A stretch of DNA of 64,000 nt from an uncultured Verrucomicrobiae bacterium (GCA_963812605.1 CAWEWF010000001.1:352001-416000), one strand, 5' to 3'; numbered from the stretch's first letter, positions 10,448 to 20,023 are shown. The notes: a model not told the origin generated them from the letters alone. Translations and numbers: made by a program.

Positions 10448-11944
10448 TTAAGCGCTGATCCCGGCCATCAAACGGAGCAGGGTTTCCTGGCTGGCCTGCG
10501 CGCGCGAAACCTCGCCAACCAAACGTCCATTGCGCAAGACCAAAATGCGCGTGGAGAGGTTGATCACCTCGGGAAGCTCGCTGGAAATCAGGAGCACGCC
10601 GTTGCCTTTATTCGCAAGTTCATCGATGAGACCGTGGATTTCTGCCTTGGCGCCCACGTCCACGCCGCGTGTGGGTTCGTCGACGATCAACACGTGACAA
10701 TCCGCCGCCAGCCATTTCCCGAGGACGACTTTTTGCTGGTTGCCACCCGATAATCCCGCGACCACTGATTCGGTGCTGGGAGCCCTCACATGAAGGAGGT
10801 CGAAGTATTTTTGGGCGATCCGCCGTTCCGCCCCGAAGCGCACCCAGCCCAGGCCCGCGAACCTCTCCAGGGTGGGCAGAGTTGTATTTTCCCGCGCGTT
10901 CATCATCATCACCAAGCCGTGCCGTTTGCGGTCTTCGGGAACCATTCCAATATGATGGCGCATGGCAACCGACGGCTGGCGCAACGGCATCGGCTTGCCG
11001 CGCACGCGGACATGACCGGTCGCCAACCGGTCGAGTCCAAACAACGCCTCGGCAATCTCCGTGCGTCCGGCTCCCACCAATCCGGCGAAACCAAGCACCT
11101 CGCCGGCGCGCAATTGGAAAGAGATATTCTCGAACTTGCCGGGGCTGGAGAGATCCTCCACGCGCAGCAACTCTTCGCCAGGCTCAGCCTGAAGATGGCG
11201 GGAGAAATATGCCTCCAGCGTGCGACCGATCATCATCTGTACCAAGCTGTTACGGTCGAGTTCCGCTGCGGATTTTGTCGCCACGTGCTGGCCGTCGCGC
11301 AATACGGTGATCGTATCGCAGAGATGATAGATCTCCTCCAGTCGATGCGATACGTAAATCGCGGTCACGCCTTGCGCCTGCAACCGCTTGATCAATTGGA
11401 AGAGATGGTCGCTCTCGATCTGTGACAGGCTGCTCGTTGGTTCGTCGAAGATCAGGATGCGCGCGCCATGCGAGACCGCTGCGGCGATCTGGACCAGTTG
11501 CTGTTGGCTGACCGGCAACGCGCCCACAAGTTTTGTCGGATCGATCTTCGCCTGGATGGCGGTCAGGTATTCCCTGGCTCGGCGCAACATTTCACGGCGG
11601 GAAACGAATGTCGCTCGCGCGGGCAGATGGCCCAGGCAGAGGTTTTCCGCGACGGTAAGGTTTTCACAGAAAGCCAGTTCCTGATGCACGATGCCGATGC
11701 CGGCGGCCATCGCATCGCTGGGACTTCCGAACCGCGCCGTCTTGCCGTCGACGAGCAATTCGCCTTCATCGGGCCTGTAGATACCCGCCAGGATTTTGCC
11801 CAGCGTGCTTTTGCCGGCGCCATTCTCGCCGCAGAGCGCGTGGCACGAGCCCGGCGCAACGTCGAAGCCCACGTTCCGCAACGCCTGTACGCCGGGAAAG
11901 CGCTTGCCGATCCCGCGAAATTGAATGATCGGATTCTCAGCCAT
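10448..11944 (-). CDS. Sugar ABC transporter ATP-binding protein (RbsA/MglA type)
   Basis: GENGAGKST Walker A, DEPTSSL, LSGGNQQK, DEPTRGVDVGAK; two NBDs. Confidence 0.96.
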   Translation of the reverse strand: MAENPIIQFRGIGKRFPGVQALRNVGFDVAPGSCHALCGENGAGKSTLGKILAGIYRPDEGELLVDGKTARFGSPSDAMAAGIGIVHQELAFCENLTVAENLCLGHLPARATFVSRREMLRRAREYLTAIQAKIDPTKLVGALPVSQQQLVQIAAAVSHGARILIFDEPTSSLSQIESDHLFQLIKRLQAQGVTAIYVSHRLEEIYHLCDTITVLRDGQHVATKSAAELDRNSLVQMMIGRTLEAYFSRHLQAEPGEELLRVEDLSSPGKFENISFQLRAGEVLGFAGLVGAGRTEIAEALFGLDRLATGHVRVRGKPMPLRQPSVAMRHHIGMVPEDRKRHGLVMMMNARENTTLPTLERFAGLGWVRFGAERRIAQKYFDLLHVRAPSTESVVAGLSGGNQQKVVLGKWLAADCHVLIVDEPTRGVDVGAKAEIHGLIDELANKGNGVLLISSELPEVINLSTRILVLRNGRLVGEVSRAQASQETLLRLMAGISA

Positions 11945-11950
11945 CAGGTG

Positions 11951-12949
11951 TCAGGGCAGCTTCAGGTATTCCTCGGGCACATCCGTAAAGCCCCACGCCT
12001 TGAGCTGGCGCGCCCAGGTCCCAAGGTTTTCCTTGGAGACGCGCACGAGTTCCATGCGGGTGATCGCCGGGACATCCTTCTTGAGATAGACCTTGTCGAT
12101 GACCTTCTCGACCGACACGTGACCCCACATATAGGTGGGCTGCGCGAGTAGTACCGGCGCGATCCCCTTTTCAACGTAGGGTAATTCGGCCGGCAGCGCA
12201 TCGACTGCAACCACTTTCACTTTGGCGGGATCGAGATCGGTCAGCAGGCTCTTCGTGAACAACGGCCAGCCGCCGATCATCGCCCAGCCCGTGATATCGG
12301 GATAAGCGTTCATCACGCGTACGACTTCGGCCGCGCCGTCCTGGGGTGTTTCGATATGGTAAAAAGTGCCGACGATGGTGATGTCGGGATACTTCGTCGC
12401 TTCTTTCTTCACGCCGTCGGCACGCTTGCGCAGGTTCGGCGCGTTCTGGTTGCCGGCCAGGATGGCGACCTTGCCTTTCCCTCCGAGTTGCTTGGCCAGT
12501 TCCGACATAACTTGTTCGCCGCTCGCTACGTCGTCCACGCCATAAAACGCAAAGCGCTTCGATTGCGGCGCATCGCTATCAAAGGTCATCACGGGCACGC
12601 CGCGCGCCGCCGCGTCGTTGATCGCACCGGTGAGTTTTGCCGCGTCGGAACAGGAAACCACGATGGCGTCATCGCCTTCGTTGACCGCCTCGGCGATCCG
12701 CTGGGCTTGTACCTGCGCATCTTCCGTCGGCGGCGTGCGCCAATCGATCACGATGTCGATATTGTACTTGGCGGACAGTTCCTTCGCCGCGGCTTCCGCG
12801 CCGGTGCGGGCGGAGAGGAACACGGGGTTGGTGGAGCTTTTCGCGATGAGCGCGATTTTGATGGTTTTCTTTGCCTGCGCGAAGCTGCTGGCGACCGCCA
12901 GCCCTGCCACGCAACCGAACACGATAAATGCTTTGCCGAGTCTGTTCAT
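11951..12949 (-). CDS. Sugar ABC transporter periplasmic substrate-binding protein
   Basis: Signal peptide, NPVF, GVPVMTFDSD (RbsB-like); operon position. Confidence 0.92.
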   Translation of the reverse strand: MNRLGKAFIVFGCVAGLAVASSFAQAKKTIKIALIAKSSTNPVFLSARTGAEAAAKELSAKYNIDIVIDWRTPPTEDAQVQAQRIAEAVNEGDDAIVVSCSDAAKLTGAINDAAARGVPVMTFDSDAPQSKRFAFYGVDDVASGEQVMSELAKQLGGKGKVAILAGNQNAPNLRKRADGVKKEATKYPDITIVGTFYHIETPQDGAAEVVRVMNAYPDITGWAMIGGWPLFTKSLLTDLDPAKVKVVAVDALPAELPYVEKGIAPVLLAQPTYMWGHVSVEKVIDKVYLKKDVPAITRMELVRVSKENLGTWARQLKAWGFTDVPEEYLKLP

Positions 12950-12964
12950 GATTTCCTCCGGTTC

Positions 12965-13993
12965 CTATCCTTTGGTTAGTCGTTTCGCCGTCAACCGCGC
13001 ATTGAGTTGATCGAGCACCACCGCGATCACGATCGCGCTGCCGATGATGATCCATTCGTAGTTTTGGTCGAAATGCAATTGGCGGATCGCCTGCCGAATC
13101 AGCACGATGAGCACCGCCCCCAGCATGGCGTTGATCGCGCTGCCTTTGCCGCCGCTCAGGCTCGCGCCACCGACCACCGCCGCCGCGATCACATATAACT
13201 CGTAGCCCGTCGCGTCCCCGCACGTCGCCGAGCCATAATAACTGATCCCCACAAACGCCGCGATGCCGGCGGTCAATCCCGACAACGCGTACACGCCGAT
13301 CAGGATTCTTCCCAACCGCAACCCCGAGTAACGGCTGGCTTCCGCATTGCCGCCAATCGCGTAGATGTGCCGCCCCATCACCGTTCGCGAGAGATAAATC
13401 GCGCCGAGCGCCGTGACCGCGAGCATCACCAGCATCGGCACGGGATAAAGGGCCGAACTCGAGCCGAGGGTCGTCTTGACCACGCTGGTCAGCGCGTCGG
13501 GCACGAGGATGCTTTCCGCCTTGCTCGTGACAAACGCAATGCCGCGAAACACCCACATCATCCCCAGCGTAATGATGAATGGATGCACCCGCAGCCCGAC
13601 CACCATCACGCCGTTGGCCAGCCCGCACAGCAGGCCGATTCCCAGGCACAGCGTCAATGCCGCCAGCACCGTCACAAAAGGGTTGGAGAATTGCCACGAC
13701 CGCAACGCCAGCGCCATCGTGGTCCCCGCCAGCGCGTACGTCGAGCCCACGGACAGATCGACGCCGCCCGAGATGATCACCATCGTCGCCCCGACCGCCA
13801 TGATCGCGAAAAAACTCGCGTCCGTGGCCGTCTGCGTGAGCGTGTAGAAGTTGAGGAAGTTGTTGACCGACCGGCCCGTCATGCGGTCCACGTGCGAACC
13901 CGCAAAAACGGTGAGCACGGCCCCCAACAGCAGGATCACCAGGATCAAACCGGACTGCTGGGCATTGAAAACGCGGCGAATCGTCGGGTGCAT
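12965..13993 (-). CDS. Sugar ABC transporter permease (RbsC type)
   Basis: GGVDLSVGS, PFIITLG, YAIGGN..A..SG, IAAAVVGGASLSGG; start taken at ATG 13993. Confidence 0.94.
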   Translation of the reverse strand: MHPTIRRVFNAQQSGLILVILLLGAVLTVFAGSHVDRMTGRSVNNFLNFYTLTQTATDASFFAIMAVGATMVIISGGVDLSVGSTYALAGTTMALALRSWQFSNPFVTVLAALTLCLGIGLLCGLANGVMVVGLRVHPFIITLGMMWVFRGIAFVTSKAESILVPDALTSVVKTTLGSSSALYPVPMLVMLAVTALGAIYLSRTVMGRHIYAIGGNAEASRYSGLRLGRILIGVYALSGLTAGIAAFVGISYYGSATCGDATGYELYVIAAAVVGGASLSGGKGSAINAMLGAVLIVLIRQAIRQLHFDQNYEWIIIGSAIVIAVVLDQLNARLTAKRLTKG

Positions 13994-14066
13994 GAAAATC
14001 CGCCGCCAGATTAGCGGCCAAAGCGCAAATTGCAAGCATTCGGCTAGCTCCTCCGGCTCGCCTGAA

Positions 14067-14174
14067 TGTGGGAGGGACTCACCGTCGCGACTCCCATCCG
14101 CGTCCTCCCGGTCCGTCATGCTGAGTCCCGTCATGCGACGGGATCCCGCAGGATTGCGGGACTTGTCGAGGCAT
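14067..14174. repeat. REP-like palindromes, including a GTCATGCTGAG/CTTGTCGA unit split by two inserted TCCCG...CGGGA hairpins
   Basis: GTCATGCTGAG (14115-14125) + tcccgtcatgcgacggga + tcccgcaggattgcggga + CTTGTCGAGGCAT; uninterrupted relative at 47471-47500. Confidence 0.7.
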
Positions 14175-14254
14175 CTCCCACGACACCAACAACCCTTCTA
14201 ACAACCAGAGCACCCCTGCGAACCCGACTACTATACACTTTATAGCGTCAGGTA

Positions 14255-14440
14255 GCTTCGTTTCTCTGGAAACGAAGCCATTCTCACGAAAAATGCACCT
14301 CCTAGACCCCTCAAGATGGGTTCGTTTTCGAAAACGAACCCATTCAGAAAATGCTACTGGAAGCGGTGCAACCTGCCGTAAATAAAAGTGATGCATCGAA
14401 AAATGTGCGTCAAATAAAATCGGGTTCGTTTCGCAGAAAC
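14255..14440. repeat. Element of three GG/GCTTCGTTT...AAACGAA inverted-repeat units
   Basis: gcttcgtttc-tctg-gaaacgaagc (14255-14278); perfect 28-bp palindrome ATGGGTTCGTTTTCGAAAACGAACCCAT (14316-14343); gggttcgtttcgcagaaac (14422-14440). Confidence 0.8.
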
Positions 14441-14501
14441 ACATGTTTTACGGCTTCGTATCCTCCCGCGATGGTTCCTGCACCCAAATGGGCAGCCTGC
14501 C

Positions 14502-14564
14502 GTAGTGGCGCGGGCGTCTCGCCCGTGTCCTTCCGCCTTCGAGTTGAACAGGCGTCCCGCCTGT
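14502..14564. repeat. Two-unit REP-like element (GTAGTGGCGCGGGCGTCTCGCCCGT...ACAGGCGTCCCGCCTGT)
   Basis: Two imperfect hairpins; same architecture on the opposite strand at 48448-48506, single unit at 20545-20571. Confidence 0.75.
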
Positions 14565-14646
14565 ATTTCCTTAACCGCCCATTTGCCACCCGCCGCTTGG
14601 CCTTCGTAGCCTTGTCAAAGCAGTCTCGCCGTGCTGCCTCCGAATT

Positions 14647-14695
14647 GTAGGGCTTGCCCCGATTTCGAGATCGGGGCGAGCGTCCCGCTTGCCGC
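14647..14695. repeat. GTAG-type REP with nested GCCCCGAT...ATCGGGGC hairpin
   Basis: GTAGGGC[TTGCCCCGATTTCGAGATCGGGGC]GAGCGTCCCGCTTGCCGC. Confidence 0.7.
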
Positions 14696-14726
14696 TGTTA
14701 ATCTTCCGTTCATAATCTCCGCGCTA

Positions 14727-14778
14727 ATTCTAACGCCCGCCAGCACACCCTGTCCAGTAAAATTATCGATTAACGATA
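14727..14778 (-). promoter_or_regulatory. Candidate sigma70 promoter facing the sugar ABC operon, with adjacent palindromic operator-like site
   Basis: Minus strand TGGACA-N18-TAGAAT (14756..14727); near-palindrome TTATCGATTAACGATA at 14763-14778. Confidence 0.35.
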
Positions 14779-14866
14779 TACAGGTGCGCATCAAGTTTTG
14801 CGCCTCGTGTTTCGGACGGAACGCTCGATCAGTGTGAGAAGATGAGGAAATAAAGAATCAAAAACC

Positions 14867-14949
14867 TGTCACCCTGAGCGAAGCGAAGTGTCTCTGTCGT
14901 TTGGGAATCCTCGGAACACCAGAGATTCTTCGCTTCGCTCAGAATGACA
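14867..14949. repeat. Long REP-like inverted repeat TGTCACCCTGAGCGAAGCGAAG...CTTCGCTTCGCTCAGAATGACA
   Basis: Imperfect inverted arms of ~28 bp seen directly; resembles the palindromes often found beside GIY-YIG nuclease genes. Confidence 0.8.
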
Positions 14950-15083
14950 CCACCCTTTGAGTTGGCATTTGTAGAGGAATTCTGTTCTCACAACCACCTT
15001 CCTAAAATCTGACTCGTGCACCCGACGCGTCAAATCACCAAATTGACATTGCATCGCGTTTTCAGCAGGGGCACAATTACTGC

Positions 15084-15263
15084 ATGACGCAAAAGCAGTT
15101 GGTTCTGAATGCCATCAATGACTTGCCGGACGACGCCCCTCTTAGCGACATCGTCGAGCGCGTCGAGTTTTTGGCGGCGGTTCAGAAGGGATTGGATCAA
15201 CTCGACCAGGGCCCTGGTATCCCGCACGACGAAGTCAAACGGCAACTGGCTTCATGGCTTTAG
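15084..15263 (+). CDS. Small putative antitoxin (59 aa), orphan
   Basis: Read manually: MTQKQLVLNAINDLPDDAPLSDIVERVEFLAAVQKGLDQLDQGPGIPHDEVKRQLASWL; LPDD...GL....G..IPH.EVK pattern of ParE/RelE-partner antitoxins; TTGCAT-N17-CACAAT-N6-ATG leaderless promoter. Confidence 0.75.
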   Translation: MTQKQLVLNAINDLPDDAPLSDIVERVEFLAAVQKGLDQLDQGPGIPHDEVKRQLASWL

Positions 15264-16591
15264 CGTTCGACCGTGAAGGTGATGTCCTTCTTCTCATCCC
15301 CACCATCGTCCCGGCCATCCTCCCCGATGCTGTACACAACGTACCCTTTCGCCAGCTTCTTGTATCGCAATGGCTGGCCGTCAAATGGGTCGGCCGGAAT
15401 GGCATCGAGGAACTTTGGTATGAGATTACCAAGCGAGTCCGGTAGCAGGCCGTTGGCGAGTCGGTACCGTTCGATCCCCAGGGAAATACAAACCGCGCGC
15501 AGCTGAGCGGTGTATCGAGCATCTCGTTTTGCCGAGCCGCCCAACAGATTGGCACCCATGCGAGTAAGTGGGCAGACTCTGAGATTCCCGGCCTTATGCT
15601 GTAGAGAATCGAACCGCTCGAAACGTTGCGGAAACGCTATGGTTGAACTGTTGATAAGACCATCCAAAAGGTCCAGGTCGGCGAGGTAGTCCAGATCCAC
15701 CAGTCCAGACGGTCTGTAAATGATTCCGACCACGCGGTCGACGACGCCTATCTTTTCATCACTATATCGAGTCAGATCGGTGAGAGGCACTTTCCCCTTG
15801 CGGATTTCATCCCATTCTTCGTTGCCCCACGCTCTCTCGCCGATAAGAGCCTGAGTAAAGCTATTGGTGGTTTCGACATCTCTAAAAGCAGCGCTTAACT
15901 CAGATAGCTGCGGGTCGGTGAAAGTCGCGCGACTCAATGCTTGTTCTAAACTGGAAATCGTGATCCCCAAGCAGGCGCTCTCCACAAGGTAGGAGATCAG
16001 CAAGGAGCGATCTCTCAATGATTCGGCCATGGCAAGCGAGGCCGTGACCGCTTCTGCGGCGCGGTGCGTATTCCCGCTCGCCGCCGCTAACAACGTCTCA
16101 AGATCGAGAAGACGGGCGCACCTTCTCACAGAAGTGAGCTGCTTCATCTGTGAACTGATCATCTTCTCAGGGGTGGATAAATCTGACGGATAACGACAGG
16201 ATTTCATTTTTGCTGCTTCATGAAGGAAATTAAGGCTCTCTCGATTTGCGGCGAGATAGTCTGCAATTCCTTGCTTCATCTCCGTCGGAAGCAGAGTGTT
16301 GCGCGCCGGCAGACGCGTAGATCCGACAATTGGCAGATTTGTGTCCGTCTCAGACTTGACGTAGTGCTGAAAAGCTTCCATGTAGATGCTGGCGGCATTT
16401 TCGTCCAGCGGCACTTGCGGGTACCACTTATCGAATTCGGCGAGCGTGACCGGATAGCCTTGTTTGCGGATTTCATCCAGCTTGGATTCAACCATACGAT
16501 GGAGCGTATAGCGGTAGATGGCGAAGATGGCGGCGAGCCCCAACACAATGAGCAGCACGAGGCGCAGTCGCCGGGCGGACTTCGAAGCCAT
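15260..16591 (-). CDS. Membrane-anchored hypothetical protein, paralog of 8560..9933
   Basis: TM anchor, GYPVTLAEFDKWYP..P..ENAA, C-terminal DPFDGQPLRYKKLAKGYVVYSIGEDGRDDGG. Confidence 0.8.
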   Translation of the reverse strand: MASKSARRLRLVLLIVLGLAAIFAIYRYTLHRMVESKLDEIRKQGYPVTLAEFDKWYPQVPLDENAASIYMEAFQHYVKSETDTNLPIVGSTRLPARNTLLPTEMKQGIADYLAANRESLNFLHEAAKMKSCRYPSDLSTPEKMISSQMKQLTSVRRCARLLDLETLLAAASGNTHRAAEAVTASLAMAESLRDRSLLISYLVESACLGITISSLEQALSRATFTDPQLSELSAAFRDVETTNSFTQALIGERAWGNEEWDEIRKGKVPLTDLTRYSDEKIGVVDRVVGIIYRPSGLVDLDYLADLDLLDGLINSSTIAFPQRFERFDSLQHKAGNLRVCPLTRMGANLLGGSAKRDARYTAQLRAVCISLGIERYRLANGLLPDSLGNLIPKFLDAIPADPFDGQPLRYKKLAKGYVVYSIGEDGRDDGGDEKKDITFTVER

Positions 16592-16656
16592 GCGCTGAGT
16601 GTAACATTTCCACCCGCGTTGACAACTCACGCTGGAGTTCGTAGCCTCGTGGCAAG

Positions 16657-17940
16657 ATGATTCGCCGATACAGCCGCGAGGCGATGCGCGAGATTTGGAC
16701 GGACGAGAACAAGTTCTCCATCTGGCTCCGGATTGAGATTCTGGCGTGCGAGGCCCGCAAGATTCCCGCGAAAGACCTCGCGACCATCAAGCGGCGCGCG
16801 AAATTCAACGTCAAGCGCATCGACGAGATCGAGCGCACGACCAACCACGATCTCATCGCGTTTCTTACCAATGTCGCCGAACACGTCGGTCCGGCTTCGC
16901 GTCATATTCACGAAGGGCTCACATCGTCCGATGTTGTGGATACCGCCCTGGCAGTGCGAATGGTGCAATCAGCGGATATTCTCATCGACGACGTGAGGAA
17001 ACTGCGCTCCGTCGTCGCGAAGAAGGCGAAGAAATACAAATACGTTCCCATGATCGGGCGCACGCACGGCGTACACGCCGAACCGATTACATTCGGGCTC
17101 AAGATGGCGCTGATGTACGACGAGTTCGGTCGCGCGCTCGAACGGCTCGTGCTGGCCCGCGACATCGTTGCCGTCGGAAAAATCTCCGGCGCGGTCGGCA
17201 CGTACGCGCACATGAACCCCAGGGTTGAGCAATACGTCTGCCGGAAGCTCGGCCTGCAAGCCGACAGGATTTCCACGCAGATCGTCCAGCGCGACCGCCA
17301 CGCCGAATTCATGAGCGCGCTGGCGCTTGTCGGTTGCTCCATCGACCGCTGGGCGCTGGAGTTCCGTCACCTGCAGCGCACGGAGGTGCTCGAAGCCGAG
17401 GAATTTTTCGCGGCGGGACAGAAGGGCAGCAGCGCCATGCCGCACAAGCGCAATCCCATCACCTGCGAGCGGCTCTCCGGTCTGGCGCGTGTGTTGCGCG
17501 GCAATGCGCTTGCCGCCATGGAAAACGTTGCCCTCTGGCACGAGCGCGACATTTCCCACAGCAGCGTCGAACGCATCATCCTGCCCGATTCGACCACGTT
17601 GCTCGATTATATGCTCGTCACGCTCGCGGACGTGGTGGACAAGCTGCTCGTCTACCCCGCGCGCATGAAATCAAATCTCGAAGCGAGCAAGGGCTTGATC
17701 TATTCGCAAGGGATCCTGCTCGCCCTCACGCGCAAGGGGCTCGGTCGCGAGAAGGCGTATGCGCTCGTCCAGCGCAACGCGATGAAGACCTGGGCCGGCG
17801 CCGGGACGTTCAAGGAATTCCTGCTGAAAGACGCAGAAGTAATGCGATGGCTCACGAAGCGCGAGATCGAGGCCTTCTTCAATCTCGATGTTTACTTGCG
17901 TCAAGTAGACAACACGTTCCAAAAAGTCGGAATCAAATAA
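16657..17940 (+). CDS. purB: Adenylosuccinate lyase
   Basis: MIRRYSR start, HEGLTSSD, GRTHG, GSSAMPHKRNP signature, ERDISHSS. Confidence 0.97.
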   Translation: MIRRYSREAMREIWTDENKFSIWLRIEILACEARKIPAKDLATIKRRAKFNVKRIDEIERTTNHDLIAFLTNVAEHVGPASRHIHEGLTSSDVVDTALAVRMVQSADILIDDVRKLRSVVAKKAKKYKYVPMIGRTHGVHAEPITFGLKMALMYDEFGRALERLVLARDIVAVGKISGAVGTYAHMNPRVEQYVCRKLGLQADRISTQIVQRDRHAEFMSALALVGCSIDRWALEFRHLQRTEVLEAEEFFAAGQKGSSAMPHKRNPITCERLSGLARVLRGNALAAMENVALWHERDISHSSVERIILPDSTTLLDYMLVTLADVVDKLLVYPARMKSNLEASKGLIYSQGILLALTRKGLGREKAYALVQRNAMKTWAGAGTFKEFLLKDAEVMRWLTKREIEAFFNLDVYLRQVDNTFQKVGIK

Positions 17941-17991
17941 CCAGAAAATGCGTGTTGGGCCATGAACAAGGTGAGCCGGGAGCGTAAAAAA

Positions 17992-18021
17992 CATTCGTGT
18001 CCATTCGCGTCCATTCGTGGT
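17992..18021. repeat. Three tandem 10-bp CATTCG(T/C)G repeats
   Basis: cattcgtgtc cattcgcgtc cattcgtggt in the purB-purS gap. Confidence 0.75.
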
Positions 18022-18038
18022 AAATGATTTTTATTGTT

Positions 18039-18281
18039 ATGAAGGCGAGAATTATCGTCATGCCGAAGAAGACCGTGTTGGATCCGCAAGGGAAAACCGT
18101 CAAGCACGCGCTAGAGTCGATGAATTTCAGCGGTATCAAGGAAGTGCGCATCGGCAAATTCATGGAGATCGAACTGGAGGGTGGTAACAAGGCCGAGTTG
18201 CAGAAGAAGATCGACGAAGCCTGCCACAAACTATTGAGCAATCCGGTCATTGAAGAATACACATTTGAGGTACACGAATAG
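18039..18281 (+). CDS. purS: Phosphoribosylformylglycinamidine synthase subunit PurS
   Basis: VLDPQG, VRIGK, LLSNPVIEEY. Confidence 0.96.
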   Translation: MKARIIVMPKKTVLDPQGKTVKHALESMNFSGIKEVRIGKFMEIELEGGNKAELQKKIDEACHKLLSNPVIEEYTFEVHE

Positions 18282-18290
18282 CTTCGTGTC

Positions 18291-19010
18291 ATGAACTTTG
18301 GGATTATCCAGTTTCCCGGCAGTAATTGCGATCAGGACGCCTATCACGTGCTTGCAGACGTGCTCGGTCAGCCCACGCGGTACATCTGGCACAAGGACAC
18401 CACACTGGGCGATGTCGATTGCGTCGTCGTGCCCGGCGGGTTCAGCTACGGCGACTACCTGCGCACGGGGGCCATCGCGCGCTTCTCGCCCGCCATGAAG
18501 GCCGTGATCGCCCACGCGGAGTCGGGCCGGCTTGTGCTCGGCATCTGCAACGGCTTTCAGATTCTCTGCGAAGCGCATTTGTTGCCGGGCGCGCTGATTC
18601 GGAATCGCGGACTCAAGTTCCGCTGCGAACACGTTCATGTGCGGATCGAAACGACAAACTCGCCTTTCACCAACGCTGCGCGCAAGGGCCAGGTCTTGCG
18701 CATCCCGATTGCGCACGGAGAAGGCAACTATTTCGCCGATCCGTCCGTGATTGAGGAACTCCAGCGCGAAGACCGCGTTCTCCTCCGCTACTGCACGAAG
18801 GACGGAACGATTGCTGATGCCGCCAACCCGAACGGGTCACTCGATAACATCGCCGGCATCTGCAACGAAGGCCGCAACGTCTTCGGCCTGATGCCGCATC
18901 CCGAACGCGCCAGCGAACTCCTGCTCGGCAGCGAAGACGGAAAACTGATTTTCGAGTCGATTCTCCGGCACGCGAAAGCGGGATGGCAGGAAGCGGTCAG
19001 CGTCAGCTAG
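18291..19010 (+). CDS. purQ: FGAM synthase glutaminase subunit PurQ
   Basis: [30 protein letters not shown]. Confidence 0.97.
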   Translation: MNFGIIQFPGSNCDQDAYHVLADVLGQPTRYIWHKDTTLGDVDCVVVPGGFSYGDYLRTGAIARFSPAMKAVIAHAESGRLVLGICNGFQILCEAHLLPGALIRNRGLKFRCEHVHVRIETTNSPFTNAARKGQVLRIPIAHGEGNYFADPSVIEELQREDRVLLRYCTKDGTIADAANPNGSLDNIAGICNEGRNVFGLMPHPERASELLLGSEDGKLIFESILRHAKAGWQEAVSVS

Positions 19011-19036
19011 GACTGGCTGCCGCTGGCGCCAAAAGC

Positions 19037-20023
19037 TTAGCCCGCCAGGATGCGTTCGATTTCATGCAGCTCGGTGGCGGAGAACTTCAGGTTGGCGAGG
19101 GCGGCGACATTTTCATCGATCTGACTGACGCGGCTCGCGCCGATCAGCGCGCTGGTCACAGCGTCATCGCGCAGCACCCACGCCAGGGCCATCTGCGCCA
19201 TGCTTTGACCGCGACGCTGGGCAAGCGCATTCAATTGCTTCACCTTCGCGACCGCCTCGGGAGTGACGTGCTGCGGCCTGAGGAAACCGTCCGGACTGGC
19301 CGCGCGCGAGTTTGCCGGGATGCCCGCCAGATATTTGTCAGTCAATAAACCTTGCGCGAGCGGACAGAAAGCGATCACGCCCAGGCCCAGTTTCCGTGTG
19401 TGCGGCAGCAGATCGGATTCAATCCAGCGATTGAGCATGGAGTAGGAAGGCTGGTGGATGATCAGCGGCGTGCGCAATTCCTGGGCGACCTTCATTGCCG
19501 CCTCGGTCATCGCCCCATTATAGCTGCTGATGCCGACATAGAGGGCTTTGCCCTGTCGGACCGCGCTGTCGAGCGCGCCAATGGTTTCCTCCAGTGGCGT
19601 ATCGGGATCGGGTCGGTGCGAATAAAAGATGTCCACATACTCCAACCCAAGTCTCTGGAGCGATTGGTCGAGACTGGCCAGAAGATATTTGCGCGATCCC
19701 CATTCGCCATAAGGCCCGGGCCACATTCCGTACCCGGCTTTCGTCGAGATGATGAGTTCGTCCCGATAACCCTGGAAATCCTGCGCCAGCACCTGTCCCG
19801 CGAATGACTCCGCGCTGCCGGCCGGCGGTCCATAATTGTTGGCGAAATCGAAATGCGTGATGCCGAGGTCGAACGCGCGATGCAACATGCGGCGCGCCTC
19901 GGCGTGGTCGGCGTGTCCGCCGAAGTTGTGCCAGCAGCCGAGCGACAGGGCCGGCAGCTTCAACCCGCTGTGGCCGCAGCGGCGGTACGGCATGGTTTGG
20001 TAACGATTTTCAGAAAAGTTCAT
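19037..20023 (-). CDS. Aldo/keto reductase (L-glyceraldehyde 3-phosphate reductase, YghZ/Gpr-like)
   Basis: [49 protein letters not shown]. Confidence 0.92.
   Translation of the reverse strand: MNFSENRYQTMPYRRCGHSGLKLPALSLGCWHNFGGHADHAEARRMLHRAFDLGITHFDFANNYGPPAGSAESFAGQVLAQDFQGYRDELIISTKAGYGMWPGPYGEWGSRKYLLASLDQSLQRLGLEYVDIFYSHRPDPDTPLEETIGALDSAVRQGKALYVGISSYNGAMTEAAMKVAQELRTPLIIHQPSYSMLNRWIESDLLPHTRKLGLGVIAFCPLAQGLLTDKYLAGIPANSRAASPDGFLRPQHVTPEAVAKVKQLNALAQRRGQSMAQMALAWVLRDDAVTSALIGASRVSQIDENVAALANLKFSATELHEIERILAG

Noticed and set aside
14255-14950. Possible CRISPR array
   Set aside because: Units are non-identical palindromes of several families with irregular spacing; no cas genes.
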